DNA of 64,000 nt, from the NCBI GenBank assembly GCA_039189765.1, contig JBCCYL010000005.1:32001-96000 (forward strand). Direction: 5' to 3'. This DNA is from Cyanobacteria bacterium P01_F01_bin.150. Its GTDB lineage: Bacteria; Cyanobacteriota; Cyanobacteriia; CAKZMO01. Both the position numbers and the translations under genes were made by a program. The notes beneath the pieces are model-generated. The model was not told where the DNA came from and made no database searches. It saw nothing but the letters and a program-made list of their open reading frames with translations. Numbering within the stretch: position 1 is the stretch's first letter; every line of letters starts with the position of its first letter. Positions 1 through 11,200 of this stretch are shown here, piece after piece.

Positions 1-103
1 TGCGATCGCTTTATCTTTACATAACAAGATTCAGTTTGATGGGTAAAGTCCCGTTCGCTATATTTAGGGAGTACAGACTGGTGTCTCGATTTAGGGGCTT
101 GGT

Positions 104-328
104 ATGGATCTCACAGCGACGCTGAATGAAATTACCGCTTTGAGCACTGAGGATAAAATCCTTCTCGTGCAAGCGATTTGGGATAGCATTCCCGCAGAAC
201 AGGCTTATCCTGAACTGACCGAAGCTCAAAAGCATGAACTCGATCATCGGATTGATAGATATGAAGACGATCCAGAAAACGTTCTCTCTTGGGATGAGAT
301 CAAGGCATCAGTTAGGAAGCGGAAATGA
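104..328 (+). CDS. Addiction-module antitoxin (TIGR02574-like)
   Basis: 74 aa; LSTEDKILLVQAIWDSI...LTEAQKHELDHRI...LSWDEIK pattern typical of this family; stop overlaps an ATG (ATGA) that begins a toxin remnant. Confidence 0.85.
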   Translation: MDLTATLNEITALSTEDKILLVQAIWDSIPAEQAYPELTEAQKHELDHRIDRYEDDPENVLSWDEIKASVRKRK

Positions 329-420
329 AATATGTACTCGGGTCATAGTCCAGCCGGATGATCGTGACAGCCATTTTTCATGGCCGCAGAGAGCCGAAAT
401 CGTGGCGATCGCGGACTTAA
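325..420 (+). pseudogene. RelE/ParE-type toxin remnant (internal deletion plus stop)
   Basis: Hand translation from ATG 325: MKYVLGS*SSRMIVTAIFHGRREPKSWRSRT*; IVTAIFHGRR.P..W resembles the ParE-family C-terminus; only 32 codons. Confidence 0.75.
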
Positions 421-460
421 GAAAAGGCTTTATATAATGTAGGGGGAGGAAGAGATAAAC

Positions 461-865
461 ATGGCACTACTAGAATTTAAGAGTACATTAATTGCTGTAG
501 ATAATGATCTTCAGCAGGTCCAGCAACGCTTAGAAGATATGGTGCAGCACTCTAGCACCATCTTGTTGAAGAATCTAGTTGAAGAGACGCGATCGCAAAT
601 TGCCCAAACATACATCAAATCAATAACTGATCGAGAAAGGGCAGCTATCTTCGCCTCAATCAATCAGGCTTGGCTTAGACTGTGGGAACAATTCAAACAT
701 ATCCCAGAAGTAAAAACAATGATCATCAGCTACGAAGCTCAGGAGGGATTTCCCATTAGGGTAAATCCTGCCCAGGCAATTGGATTAGGATTTTGTTGCA
801 TGGTGCTTAACATGGCCTGCCGTAAAGCCTGCGCTCGGTTTGGATTATTCAAAAGCTCGGTATAG
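461..865 (+). CDS. Hypothetical helical protein, possibly 3'-truncated
   Basis: Purine-rich SD-like GGGGAGG upstream; first ~92 aa look helical; last 127 nt are antisense to the end of the CHAT gene. Confidence 0.35.
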   Translation: MALLEFKSTLIAVDNDLQQVQQRLEDMVQHSSTILLKNLVEETRSQIAQTYIKSITDRERAAIFASINQAWLRLWEQFKHIPEVKTMIISYEAQEGFPIRVNPAQAIGLGFCCMVLNMACRKACARFGLFKSSV

Positions 866-3201
866 AAAGCCATCATCAGTTGGGAGGTGGGCTCATCGGG
901 AACAGCCCACAGGGATACCACAACATTGGATGCTCCTGCCCCAATAAACGATCGGGCCAAGCCAATTACTCCGTCCCCAGTGATATCGCCTCGACCTGTA
1001 TTGCAAGCGCTAAGAACGACCATCTCAGCCTGCAACTCCATCGCCATAATTTCGCCAGAGGTCAACAACCCATCGGTCGTCTGGTCCAGGTCATCGTTGT
1101 CCGTCTCTTGCTGTTCTTTGGCTACGTTAGGTGTAGATGGCATAGAGGGGGCCAGGGCGATCGCCCCTGGCATATCTCTCACCGCAGATTGGCGTGGATT
1201 ACCATAGTCCAGGAGTCCATGGGTTGCAAGGTGAATTAGGCGGGCGTCTGGCATTTGTTGAGCGATCGCCGCTTCTGTTGCCTGGTCTCCGACCATGGCC
1301 GTGGCGTTGATCATTTGGGCGATCGCGTTGGCTTCTTCCTCCGCAGAAGCGAGGGGGGGTAACCGTGCGGCAGGAACGGATGCCGACAGGGCAACCTTGG
1401 GCATGGTGGGATTGCCCACAATTAATGCAGGGTTTAAAGCCTGTAAAGAGTGCTCCATCGATAGCGATGGTTTATCCCTATCCCTGGCATTAACCACTCC
1501 CAAAATTTGGATGGATGGGGCCATCAGCATCGTATGCTTTTCGATCAAAAACTGCCCTTCGCTATCTTGCAAAGCCGCAAAGGACAGCATATGGAGTTCT
1601 TCCTGAGGCATAAATACAACAGGGGCTTCTGGCTGAGATGGTAATAAATCTGCAATGGGAGCAATCAGCCATTGATGTAAAGGACGATAGCCCCGTTCAG
1701 CCATTGAGGGAATAACGTGACGGCTTTGCTTTATCAACGCCTCCAGAGAATTTACGTTTGCTGAGCGGGATGTCGATGGGTCGTTCTGGCCCAACACCAC
1801 CTGACGAAAGTGAATATCACCGCTGGGCTGCACGACCCAGATAAAAATCTTGCCCACTTGTCCTCTTTGTTTACCTTGCACCTTAAATTCATCATCTGGG
1901 ACAAGGGTGTATTCCACCAAAGTGCTATTGGTCTCTTTTGCAATATTGCGAATATCTGCAACAGTGGGTGGTGCTGCCATTGACTCTGTTGAACGATCGG
2001 CTGAGCCATCCTGCGTTTGGTCCTCTTGACGTTGGGCCACAAGCTGCATAAAGGCCCGCGATCGCCCTCTCTCTGCCATTTCCAGGGCGGTCTCCACATC
2101 TCCCTGAGCCACTAAAATTTGCTGAAGTAAGTTAAAAGTGAGCACCTGGGTGTCCAATAGGGATACACGATATAAATCTGGCAGGTCACTGGAGCGAAGG
2201 ATTTCTAGGGCTGCGATCGCCGTTCTTAGCTGAGCTTCGGCTTCGGCTAAACGACCTGCATTAAATAAGGCATGGCCAAGATTATTGAACCCTTGGGCCA
2301 CGCTACGAGGATCCTCAAGCTGGTGAGCGATCGCCAAACTATCCTGATGGTAAGCAATAGCCTGGTCGTAGTTGCCCAAATCTTCGGCCACCAATCCCAA
2401 ACTGCTCAAGGCTTTGGATTCCATTAGACGATGACCCACTTCACGGGCGATCGCCAAACTTCTTTCGTAGTATGCCGCTGCTCTATCGATATCCCCTTGG
2501 GCATGGTAAGTGGCCCCCAAGTTAAGGAGCCGATGGCCTTCACCTTCTCGATCACCTAATCCTTTCGCTAGGGTCCAGCTTTGCTGATGGGCCGTCAATG
2601 CTTGGTCATAGTTGCCCTGGGTCGAATACACCGCGCCCAAATTGCCCAGGACCACCCCTTCACCGACGCGATCGCCCTCTGCTCTGGCAATGGATAGACT
2701 CTCCTGATAGGTCAATACGGCTTGATCATAGTCGCCGATGGCCTCGTATACGTTGCCTAAATTTCCCAGTAGCTGTCCCACCTGCTGCTGAGTTCCCACT
2801 TGTTTGAGAACGGCTAACGCCTGTTGATTGGCATTAATTGCCTGTAGATAGTTGCCGACATCACCATGGGCGATGCCTAAATTTGCCAGGGTAAAGGCGG
2901 TATTGTGCCGATCGTTTTGGGATTGAAAGAGGGGGAGGGCTTGCTGCCAGAGGGCGATCGCCCTGCGAGGATTACTGTTTCGATATGCGTCTAAACCCTC
3001 TTGAAGTAATGCACCGGGGGGTGGGGACGTTACTAGAGAAGGTTCCTGGCTATTGGTGATGGCATGGGCCGTATCAACAAGCCCGATGCTTGTCCCAACC
3101 TGAATCCCAAGCATTAATATTGCCAAGAGGTGGGGACTAACCAAACGAACGATTGAAAAAAAATCGGTTATTGCATTACGGGACTGTGGGTGTTCATTCA
3201 T
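739..3201 (-). CDS. TPR-repeat + CHAT (caspase/HetF-associated) protease with N-terminal signal-like segment
   Basis: Repeated LGNLG..Y...G.Y..A TPR units; CHAT motifs IHLATHG and VVLSACNT; ends WAGFTLMG; hydrophobic stretch near the N-terminus. Confidence 0.95.
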   Translation of the reverse strand: MNEHPQSRNAITDFFSIVRLVSPHLLAILMLGIQVGTSIGLVDTAHAITNSQEPSLVTSPPPGALLQEGLDAYRNSNPRRAIALWQQALPLFQSQNDRHNTAFTLANLGIAHGDVGNYLQAINANQQALAVLKQVGTQQQVGQLLGNLGNVYEAIGDYDQAVLTYQESLSIARAEGDRVGEGVVLGNLGAVYSTQGNYDQALTAHQQSWTLAKGLGDREGEGHRLLNLGATYHAQGDIDRAAAYYERSLAIAREVGHRLMESKALSSLGLVAEDLGNYDQAIAYHQDSLAIAHQLEDPRSVAQGFNNLGHALFNAGRLAEAEAQLRTAIAALEILRSSDLPDLYRVSLLDTQVLTFNLLQQILVAQGDVETALEMAERGRSRAFMQLVAQRQEDQTQDGSADRSTESMAAPPTVADIRNIAKETNSTLVEYTLVPDDEFKVQGKQRGQVGKIFIWVVQPSGDIHFRQVVLGQNDPSTSRSANVNSLEALIKQSRHVIPSMAERGYRPLHQWLIAPIADLLPSQPEAPVVFMPQEELHMLSFAALQDSEGQFLIEKHTMLMAPSIQILGVVNARDRDKPSLSMEHSLQALNPALIVGNPTMPKVALSASVPAARLPPLASAEEEANAIAQMINATAMVGDQATEAAIAQQMPDARLIHLATHGLLDYGNPRQSAVRDMPGAIALAPSMPSTPNVAKEQQETDNDDLDQTTDGLLTSGEIMAMELQAEMVVLSACNTGRGDITGDGVIGLARSFIGAGASNVVVSLWAVPDEPTSQLMMAFYTELLNNPNRAQALRQAMLSTMQQNPNPIAWAGFTLMGNPS

Positions 3202-3204
3202 CGC

Positions 3205-6200
3205 TTACTCCACGGTCAATGGCTCTGCGACGTTAGATTCAAGCTCAGGTTCTCCCCGCTGTTGCCCAGTGCTACAGGGATCGATTAGATCCTCGGAGGA
3301 TGAGCGATAGTTGGCAATTAGGGCCTCTTCGATGGTGAGTATGGCGTTGGATGTGGTACGGATGAGGCGATCGCCTTCCGCATCACAACTATCAAACACT
3401 GCCTCCGCTAAAAATTCTTGATCACTAAATTCGGATGGCGAAGAATCTTCGAGGGTTGAGTCTTCATTCTCTTCTCCAATCTTCTCCCCTGCCACAAGTG
3501 TATCGTCTGAGCTATCTTCTGCCGCTGGATTGGTGTCATCATTTTCGCCAGGGTTCTCTGCAACCGGGTCATCCGGTGCATCGTCAGGAGTCTCTGCAAC
3601 CGGGTTGTCTGTCGGTGTATCGCCAGGGTTCTCTGCAACCAGTTCATCCGTCGGTGTATCGCCAGGAGTCTCTGCAAACGAGTCGTCCGTTGGCGTGTCG
3701 ATGGGATTCTCTGCAACCGGGTCGTCCGTTGGTATATCGATGGGATTCTCTGCAATTGGATCGTTAATAACCGGATTATCTATCGGAATGTCCGTTGGGT
3801 TATCAGCCATTGGATCATCGACTGGAGGGGGTGGTTCTGGTTCAAAAAGACGATTTTGGAGCGAGCCTTGCAAGCTGGCATCTGTTGCAGTGCTGGAGAT
3901 TCCACCAACAGCTCCGCTAGCCTTTTCAGGCAGAGCATCCAACGGCGTTGCGTTAGCAACCAAATCTGCAAAGGGAAATGTATCCTCAGCCGTTTCATCA
4001 AAGGGCGGAATCGGCTCATCGTCGCTGGAGGGAAATGGGTCATTACTAATCAAAAACGGATTGGTCTCGTCGTAATCAGGTCCAACAATAAGTTCTTGTT
4101 CCGGATCGCCTTCAATTTCAATCAGCACAAACCCGCTCTCTGTCGTAACTGGATCAATAATAGGCTCTCGATTTTGCCCATACTTGATGCTAATTGGACC
4201 ATCAATTGATTCAAGACTCACGAGAAAATTACCAAGAAAGATTTGATCCTCAAAACTATCATCTGGATATCCTAAATCAGCTAAATAGTCAGCAAGAATT
4301 GGCGGAGCATCAAACGTCCTATTGCTGGATGAATCTCTAGCATTGAGAGCTTGTAACGATCCACCCGCATCAATATCAATACCTCCTTGCCCAGCCAAAA
4401 TGTAGCCTACTGTGATATCACCTGTCGTAGACGATAAACGAACCAAATTCGCACCTGGGTTTTCGGAATTATTGGATGTATTGCTGAAAATATTGCCAGC
4501 ATTAATATCCCCTACTGCGGCCAATCGAACAGACACTCCTCTAATCGATCGCTCATCAAAACTTTGCGTTAGCCTATCACCAACCGTAATATCGCCACCA
4601 GAGATAATCTCAACAGCGGCATCAGCAATCTCTGTTCCAATGCCCAAAGGATCTGCATCAATAGAGCCAGTATTAATATCACCAGGGGCTGATAGGATAA
4701 CAAAACCATCGGTTGTTTCAGTCTTAATTGAACCTAGATTGATAGTTGCTGGGACTGATGGAGTATTCGAACGATTGAAAATCGTGTCACCTATCTGAGT
4801 TTGACCAGAGATTACAGGATTTTGCAGCACAGTTTCTCCTGCACGTAGTATTAATGCAGAACCACTTGCCAGAGTAACGAAATCCGGATCGTCCCCTTCA
4901 AATGTGCCATTTGCACTGGTAATTTCAATATCGCCGCCCGTTATGCTACCCACAGCCTCAACTTTGAGAGCTGGTCCTCGATAATCCCCAAAATCAACAT
5001 CACCCAATGAGCTAATTAAAGATTGGGAATTAGACGTATAGTCTCCATTTTCTCCTGCCAAGTTTAAGACAGAAAATCCATTGTTAATAAAGCGAGAATT
5101 TCCCTCAATCAACCCATCACTAACAAGTGTAGTCATTCCCCCACTTTGAATCCGAGACTGACGGTTATTGATGGCATTGATCCTGACTCCATCATTGCCT
5201 TGAACAAAAAGATTGCCTCCTGCATCCACAATGGCTTCACCATCTGTTCCTATCCAATCATCAATATTGACAGAGACTTGAGATATTAGCTCCACATCGC
5301 CTCCAGCCAATATTTGATCAGAACCGAGATTCAAATCACTGATGGAGGTAAGAAAAACGTTACCTTGAGTGAGAATATCGTCGAATTCGATAGTGTTGCC
5401 ACTAATGCTCAGATTATCGATACGATTTTCTAGAGTTGAAGCCTCGTCAATTCCAACTTTATCAATACTGATATTTCCACTGCCCGCATTAAGCGTTAAG
5501 CTATGAGGCCCAGTATCAGCACTCAGAAGTGCCCCCTGAACTTCAATATTTCCTTCTCCTAGCCCTGTTGAAATAATAGTATCTTGAGTTAAGGTAATAG
5601 ACTCAAATCCTAACGTTACTAGTCCCTGGTCAGTGATAATATCACCACCTAATCTGATATCCCCAAAGAAACCTGTAACGTCCAAAGACGATAGAGGAAC
5701 ATTGCTGCCAATATCTCCGTTTAGAGAGACTTCTCGTCCATCTATAGTTAAATTGTGAGAGCCGTCAATAGAGCCGTTCACAACAATCCGATCGGATCCA
5801 AATCGACCTAAGTTAAGATCTCCCTCTAGGGTGACTGTCCCATTAATCGTAGTGTCTCCAGGAGCGTAGAACTCGCCTCCAGAAAAAATAGTATTCCCTG
5901 TTATGTCAGCATCAACAAGTAGTTGATTTGATTCACCATTGAATCGAACTTGACCATTTCCTGCATCAATAGGTAAAGAAAAGCCATTAATATTGCCATT
6001 GAACGTGATATTTCCATCTGTAATGCCAGTGCTAGTAATTTGAGTTGTAAAACTCGTGTCCACTTGTCCACTGAGAAAAATATCTCCGCCCTTTGAGTTA
6101 AGGATACCAGCAACATCAATATCACTTGCAAAAATATTAATGTTTCCACCTTCAGTCGATAACGTAGAGGATAGTCCGAGGTAGAATTCCTCTCCTGCTA

Positions 6201-7833
6201 TGAAATTAACCGATTGCCCTGATTGTGTCTTAAACGCGACAGAATCACTTACAGAGATATCTTCTGAAGCACTTAAAAGAATATTAGTGTTGCCAGATAA
6301 TGCTTCTAATGCTTGTACTGAAATTCGAAAGAAATCATTCGTCCCGTTAACATCACCTGCAAGAATTCTGCCATCTGTTACTTGATCATCATCGGATCCG
6401 GTTTGGGTGCTAAAAATGCTAATGTCAGTGGGGTCAAATAGAACGGTTCCAGCTATGCCATTGACGGCCGAGGTATCAACAGTACCGGAAAAGTTTAACT
6501 GTCGATAACCAGAAATTTCGACAAATCCACCATCACCAGAAACCGCTCCACCACGGGCAGCAATATCGCCGTAGAACCCAGTGACATCGTCGGCCCAAAC
6601 GATCGCCTCTCCACCATTCCCCGTCTCCAGCGCATCCACTGTCACCACCGAATTCGTATCCACTAACGTGCGTGATGCAGTAAGCGTGATTCCCTGCCCT
6701 TGGAATTCACCCCCAAGCCAGACGGTACCACCGCCATCGGTTCCTGATGCATCCACCGTGGCATTGAGGAGGGCAACGCGATCGCCCAGCACCTGCACCC
6801 GACCACCAACAATACCCTCCACGGTCGATTCCGGCGGCGCAGATTCCGACAGCGCAATATCAGACGACACATTGGAGGCATCGATGACTCCGGTTGTAAT
6901 CATAGTTCCTGGCGTCGGACTAACGGCTACATCAGACCCCGTTAGAGAAATAGAGCCATCGGCATTAACCATTACATCCGTTGCCCCCGTAGCGCTGCCT
7001 CCGGTTAGTAACGTCGGCAATGTTGCAGGAACAAACGGTAGGGCATTGGGCAACGCATCTACGGGCATCGTTGGATCAAGGGTTTGAAATTCTAAATTTA
7101 GCAATTGGTTTGCTTGGCTAAGGCGAACAATATTGTCCTCCGGCACTGCGGCCAGGGTAATCTGTCCCCCCTCAGTTGCCAATGTCCCCGTATTGACTAC
7201 GGTACCGCCGATTAGGGTGAGGCGATCGCCCCCTCCCACCATCAGTTCGCCCTCATTAACAATGGCACCGGGCCGGATTAGATTGAACCCAAGGCGATCG
7301 GGAGTACCCACCAGCGCTGCGTAGGTATTGGTGCCGACTGCACTAAACCACTCGCTCCCAAACCCAATTCCTGTTGCCGTAGTAGCGGTAAAATCCGCAG
7401 GCACATTTAGACTGGCATTCTCTCCAAAAAACAGCCCTGCCGGATTCATCAGATACAGGTTAGCATCCCCCCCAGTCGCCTGAATAACACCATCAATAAA
7501 CGAGGCATTGCCCCCGACTACTCGGGTCAGAATATTGTCAATATCGGGAGCTGATATAAAGTTGGCAATTTCAGACGGACTCAGACCAAACTGGTTAAGG
7601 CTATGGAAGAGGTTTTTGCCATCTGCGGATAATGTAGAACCTTGGATATCGTAGCGTTGACCGACCTGGGTAATCTGTGTGTTTGTATCCCCTGAAGGGG
7701 TAATCGACTGGGCCAGACTGGGATTGTCTCCAGGACCAAACAGAGCAAACGTTGCACCTAATGTGGCTGTACTTAGAGCAAAAATAGTGAAGGACTTGGA
7801 TGCAAATGATTCTGGAGCAAAATAAATCGACAT
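3205..7833 (-). CDS. TpsA / filamentous haemagglutinin N-terminal domain exoprotein
   Basis: Signal peptide then [18 protein letters not shown] motifs, GGFVEISG and G.VLFDP; beta-helix-like repeats; acidic Pro-rich C-terminal repeats. Confidence 0.95.
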   Translation of the reverse strand: MSIYFAPESFASKSFTIFALSTATLGATFALFGPGDNPSLAQSITPSGDTNTQITQVGQRYDIQGSTLSADGKNLFHSLNQFGLSPSEIANFISAPDIDNILTRVVGGNASFIDGVIQATGGDANLYLMNPAGLFFGENASLNVPADFTATTATGIGFGSEWFSAVGTNTYAALVGTPDRLGFNLIRPGAIVNEGELMVGGGDRLTLIGGTVVNTGTLATEGGQITLAAVPEDNIVRLSQANQLLNLEFQTLDPTMPVDALPNALPFVPATLPTLLTGGSATGATDVMVNADGSISLTGSDVAVSPTPGTMITTGVIDASNVSSDIALSESAPPESTVEGIVGGRVQVLGDRVALLNATVDASGTDGGGTVWLGGEFQGQGITLTASRTLVDTNSVVTVDALETGNGGEAIVWADDVTGFYGDIAARGGAVSGDGGFVEISGYRQLNFSGTVDTSAVNGIAGTVLFDPTDISIFSTQTGSDDDQVTDGRILAGDVNGTNDFFRISVQALEALSGNTNILLSASEDISVSDSVAFKTQSGQSVNFIAGEEFYLGLSSTLSTEGGNINIFASDIDVAGILNSKGGDIFLSGQVDTSFTTQITSTGITDGNITFNGNINGFSLPIDAGNGQVRFNGESNQLLVDADITGNTIFSGGEFYAPGDTTINGTVTLEGDLNLGRFGSDRIVVNGSIDGSHNLTIDGREVSLNGDIGSNVPLSSLDVTGFFGDIRLGGDIITDQGLVTLGFESITLTQDTIISTGLGEGNIEVQGALLSADTGPHSLTLNAGSGNISIDKVGIDEASTLENRIDNLSISGNTIEFDDILTQGNVFLTSISDLNLGSDQILAGGDVELISQVSVNIDDWIGTDGEAIVDAGGNLFVQGNDGVRINAINNRQSRIQSGGMTTLVSDGLIEGNSRFINNGFSVLNLAGENGDYTSNSQSLISSLGDVDFGDYRGPALKVEAVGSITGGDIEITSANGTFEGDDPDFVTLASGSALILRAGETVLQNPVISGQTQIGDTIFNRSNTPSVPATINLGSIKTETTDGFVILSAPGDINTGSIDADPLGIGTEIADAAVEIISGGDITVGDRLTQSFDERSIRGVSVRLAAVGDINAGNIFSNTSNNSENPGANLVRLSSTTGDITVGYILAGQGGIDIDAGGSLQALNARDSSSNRTFDAPPILADYLADLGYPDDSFEDQIFLGNFLVSLESIDGPISIKYGQNREPIIDPVTTESGFVLIEIEGDPEQELIVGPDYDETNPFLISNDPFPSSDDEPIPPFDETAEDTFPFADLVANATPLDALPEKASGAVGGISSTATDASLQGSLQNRLFEPEPPPPVDDPMADNPTDIPIDNPVINDPIAENPIDIPTDDPVAENPIDTPTDDSFAETPGDTPTDELVAENPGDTPTDNPVAETPDDAPDDPVAENPGENDDTNPAAEDSSDDTLVAGEKIGEENEDSTLEDSSPSEFSDQEFLAEAVFDSCDAEGDRLIRTTSNAILTIEEALIANYRSSSEDLIDPCSTGQQRGEPELESNVAEPLTVE
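3540..3810 (-). repeat. Coding tandem repeat (DDPVAENP/ETPxDxPT, 12-13 aa units)
   Basis: Recurring tctctgcaac units at 36-39 bp spacing inside TpsA. Confidence 0.85.
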
Positions 7834-7887
7834 GGTTGACTATGGGGGAATAGGAGGTCACTAGGAAGGCGATATGCGTCTTAAAGT

Positions 7888-7913
7888 TCAATGCTTCTTG
7901 AAACAAGCATTGA
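7888..7913. promoter_or_regulatory. 9-bp inverted repeat in divergent intergenic region
   Basis: TCAATGCTT-N8-AAGCATTGA. Confidence 0.4.
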
Positions 7914-7996
7914 GTTAACTTGATTTTATTCGTAAACGGTCAGCTCTGCTCCGCAATAGTAATATTCCCAGAGATGTAAGTAGTGCTCTTTCAACC

Positions 7997-8038
7997 TTAA
8001 TTTTGGGGTAAATCCCCTGGAATTTACCCCAAAATTAA
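7997..8038. promoter_or_regulatory. Perfect 17-bp inverted repeat in divergent intergenic region
   Basis: TTAATTTTGGGGTAAAT-N8-ATTTACCCCAAAATTAA. Confidence 0.5.
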
Positions 8039-8226
8039 AACTTGAAGAAGCAGTAGGTAGGCCAAATTAAATTTAAGAGCAAGATGGCTGAAAGCTTCAT
8101 AAGGAGTTAAGGAAACAAAACGTTTTATGATGTGAAAGACATCAGCCAGGGTGTTTGAAGGGTCTCCACATTGATTGTCTAAGGTCATACAGTTGTCGTT
8201 GAGCAGTGGTTGGCTGCGCAAAGCCT

Positions 8227-11200
8227 ATGTCCAATCTGAAATCAGCATATCTGACCCCAATAGTCGAGACCGTAACCTCCATCGGCCTTAGCTGTCTGGG
8301 GATATCTATCGGAGCATTGGGGCTGGGGGTGCCCGCCGCGATCGCCCAAATCACCCCAGACCCCACCCTCGGCCCAGAGTCATCCACCGTGACCAATCAG
8401 CGCAATCAAGGACGAACCGTCATTCAGGGGGGAGCTGAACGAGGCCCAAATCTGTTTCATAGTTTTGATGCCTTTAACGTACCGGAGAATCGATCGGTCT
8501 TTTTCTTTACGGACAATGCCCAGGTTGAAAATATCTTGACTCGGGTGACCGGCAATACGGCATCTGAATTACTCGGAACCCTGGGAACCTTTGGGGGAAA
8601 CGAGCCGAATCTCTTTTTGATTAACCCCAATGGAATTACGGTGGGGGAAAACGCCCAATTAAACGTGGGCGGGTCCTTTTTTGCCACCACAGCAGAGGGG
8701 ATTCAATTTGGAACCCAGGGTGTCTTTAGCGCCCAAAATCCAGCCATTCCATCCAACCTGCTGACCATTGATCCATCCGCCTTTTTATTTGAACAATTGT
8801 CCCCCGATCCCCGACCCTTCATCAATCTTTCGTCCCGCTGGCAAGTCCCCAATGGGCAAACCCTGTTGCTGTTGGGCGGTGATGTGCTGCTGGATGGGGC
8901 ACAGCTAAGGGCAGCAGGGGGACGGGTGGAGATAGGGGCGATCGCCGACCCTGCGGTTATTCCCTTCACCGTTTCAGAGGGCATCAGTATTCCTGATGGG
9001 GTAAAACAGGGGCCGGTGACGATTGGCAACGATTCCACCATTGATGTCGCTTTCACCAACGGTGGCAGCATTAATATGCACGCTGCGACCATCAGCCTCA
9101 CCAATAGTGGATTGAATGCAGGACTGATGGGGCCAGGTGAGCCGAACAATCGGGCGGGCAATATCCAATTGGCGGCCACCGAGCAGATCCAAATTACCAA
9201 TAGTCAAGTGGTCAATGATGTCTCTCGGAATTCAAATGGGACGAGCGGTGATATTACTCTAAATGCTCACCACATTGACATCACCGATCTCTCCATTCTG
9301 AATACCAACCTTTTTGGCACCGGAACGGCGGGCAATATCCAGATTACAGCCAGTGAAGCAACCATACAAAATAGCCGATTGGCCAGTGCTGTAGGGCCTA
9401 ACGCCACCGGAACGGGGGGAACCATTGCCCTTACCACAAATCAATTGGAGATCGTTGATGGTGCTCAACTGTTGGCGAGTACCAGGGGCCAGGGCAATGC
9501 GGGGCTGGTGGACTTACGGGCCGATGGCCCAATTACCATACAAGCAAGTGCGATTTCCAGTGAGGTAGATGTAGGCGCAAATGGCAACGCTGGTGGCATT
9601 CAAATCACGGCCCAGAACCTAACGGTGGTGGACGGCGGCCAACTCTTGGCCAATACCACAGGAGAGGGAGACGCGGGCAATATTCTGATAACGATCAGTA
9701 ACGGTGTGGCATTTGATGGCACCAGCGCCGATGGCCAAGCCCCCAGTGGGGCAACCATTGCGGTTAGTGGGCGGGGACAAGGGGCTGGTGGGCTACTACG
9801 GATTGAGGCTAGCACATTGGATGTCCGCAATGGCGCACAGTTTAATGCCCGTACCCGAGGGGATAGTACAACGACCTTAAGTACCGGGGAATTAATCACA
9901 AATCCAGGACGGGTGGAGATTGAGGTTAGCGATCGCGTCACCTTTGCTGGCGTTAGCGCCGATGAAAACTTCTCCAGTGGGATTATCAGTTCCCTGGAAG
10001 GACGTGGTCAAGGGACAGGAGGACCGATTACTATTATCACGCCAATCCTGGAGGTGCTGGACGGCGCAGGCTTAATTTCCAGTACCAGCGGCGATGGTGA
10101 TGCCGGAAAGTTGGAGATTCGGGCAAGCGATCGCGTTACATTGGCAGACCGACGCACGGGCGGACGATTTTTAAGTCGGATGTCCAGTTCAGTTAATCCC
10201 CAGGGCAACGGCAATGGTGGGGTCATTGATATTCAAACTGAACGGCTAGAGGTCTTCAATGGTGGGCGTCTGGTCGCAGGCACCCTCGGTAATGGGAATG
10301 CGGGAAATGTTACGATTGCGCCTCTCATGCCGCCGCCGGATACTCCTGATGATGCTCAGTTTGAGGTAATTTTTAGCGGCGTCAGTGGGGATGGGCAGTT
10401 TCCTAGCGGCATCTTTAGCACTGTGGAAGCTGGGGCCGTGGGACGGGGTGGCGATATCACCATCGAAACTGAATCCTTATCGGTTCTGGATGGTGCTCAG
10501 TTACGGTCCAACACCGCAGGGATGGGCAGAGCTGGGAATATTACGCTTCAGGGAGAGCAGATCACCTTTACAGATCGCCGCCCAACCTCTTCGGGGCTAA
10601 GTGGAGCAGCCAGTGCCGTAGAGCGGACGGGCCAGGGCCGGGGCGGCAAGATTGAAATTCAAGCCAATGTATTGGAGGTACTGGGGGGTTCTCAGCTTGT
10701 GGCCGGAACCCGAGGCGATGGTCGTGCAGGCAATATTCAGATTATGGCGAGCGATCGCGTCACCTTCCAAGGCACCAGCCAAGATGGAGAAACCATCAGC
10801 GCCGCCCTAAGTGACGTGGATGCCACGGGAATGGGACACGGAGGTAATATTATCGTGGAGACACCGACGTTAGACCTTTTGGACGGAGCGCGGCTGGTTT
10901 CGACGACCCGAGGGGAGGGTGACGCAGGCAATATTAGAATCAATGCCCCGAATCGAGTGACGCTGATCGATACTCGCGATCAGGGACGTTTTTTAAGTGG
11001 GGTCTCCAGTGCCGTTGTGGGTCGAGGGGTGGGGAACGGTGGTCAAATCACCCTAGAAACTGGGATTTTAGAGATGCGGGATGGGTCACAGCTATTGGCA
11101 GGCACTGGTGCCAATGGCAATGCGGGCCGTATCAAGATTGAAGCCGGCGATCGCGTTATTCTGGAGGGCATTAGTCGCGATGGTCAAGACGCCACCGCGA

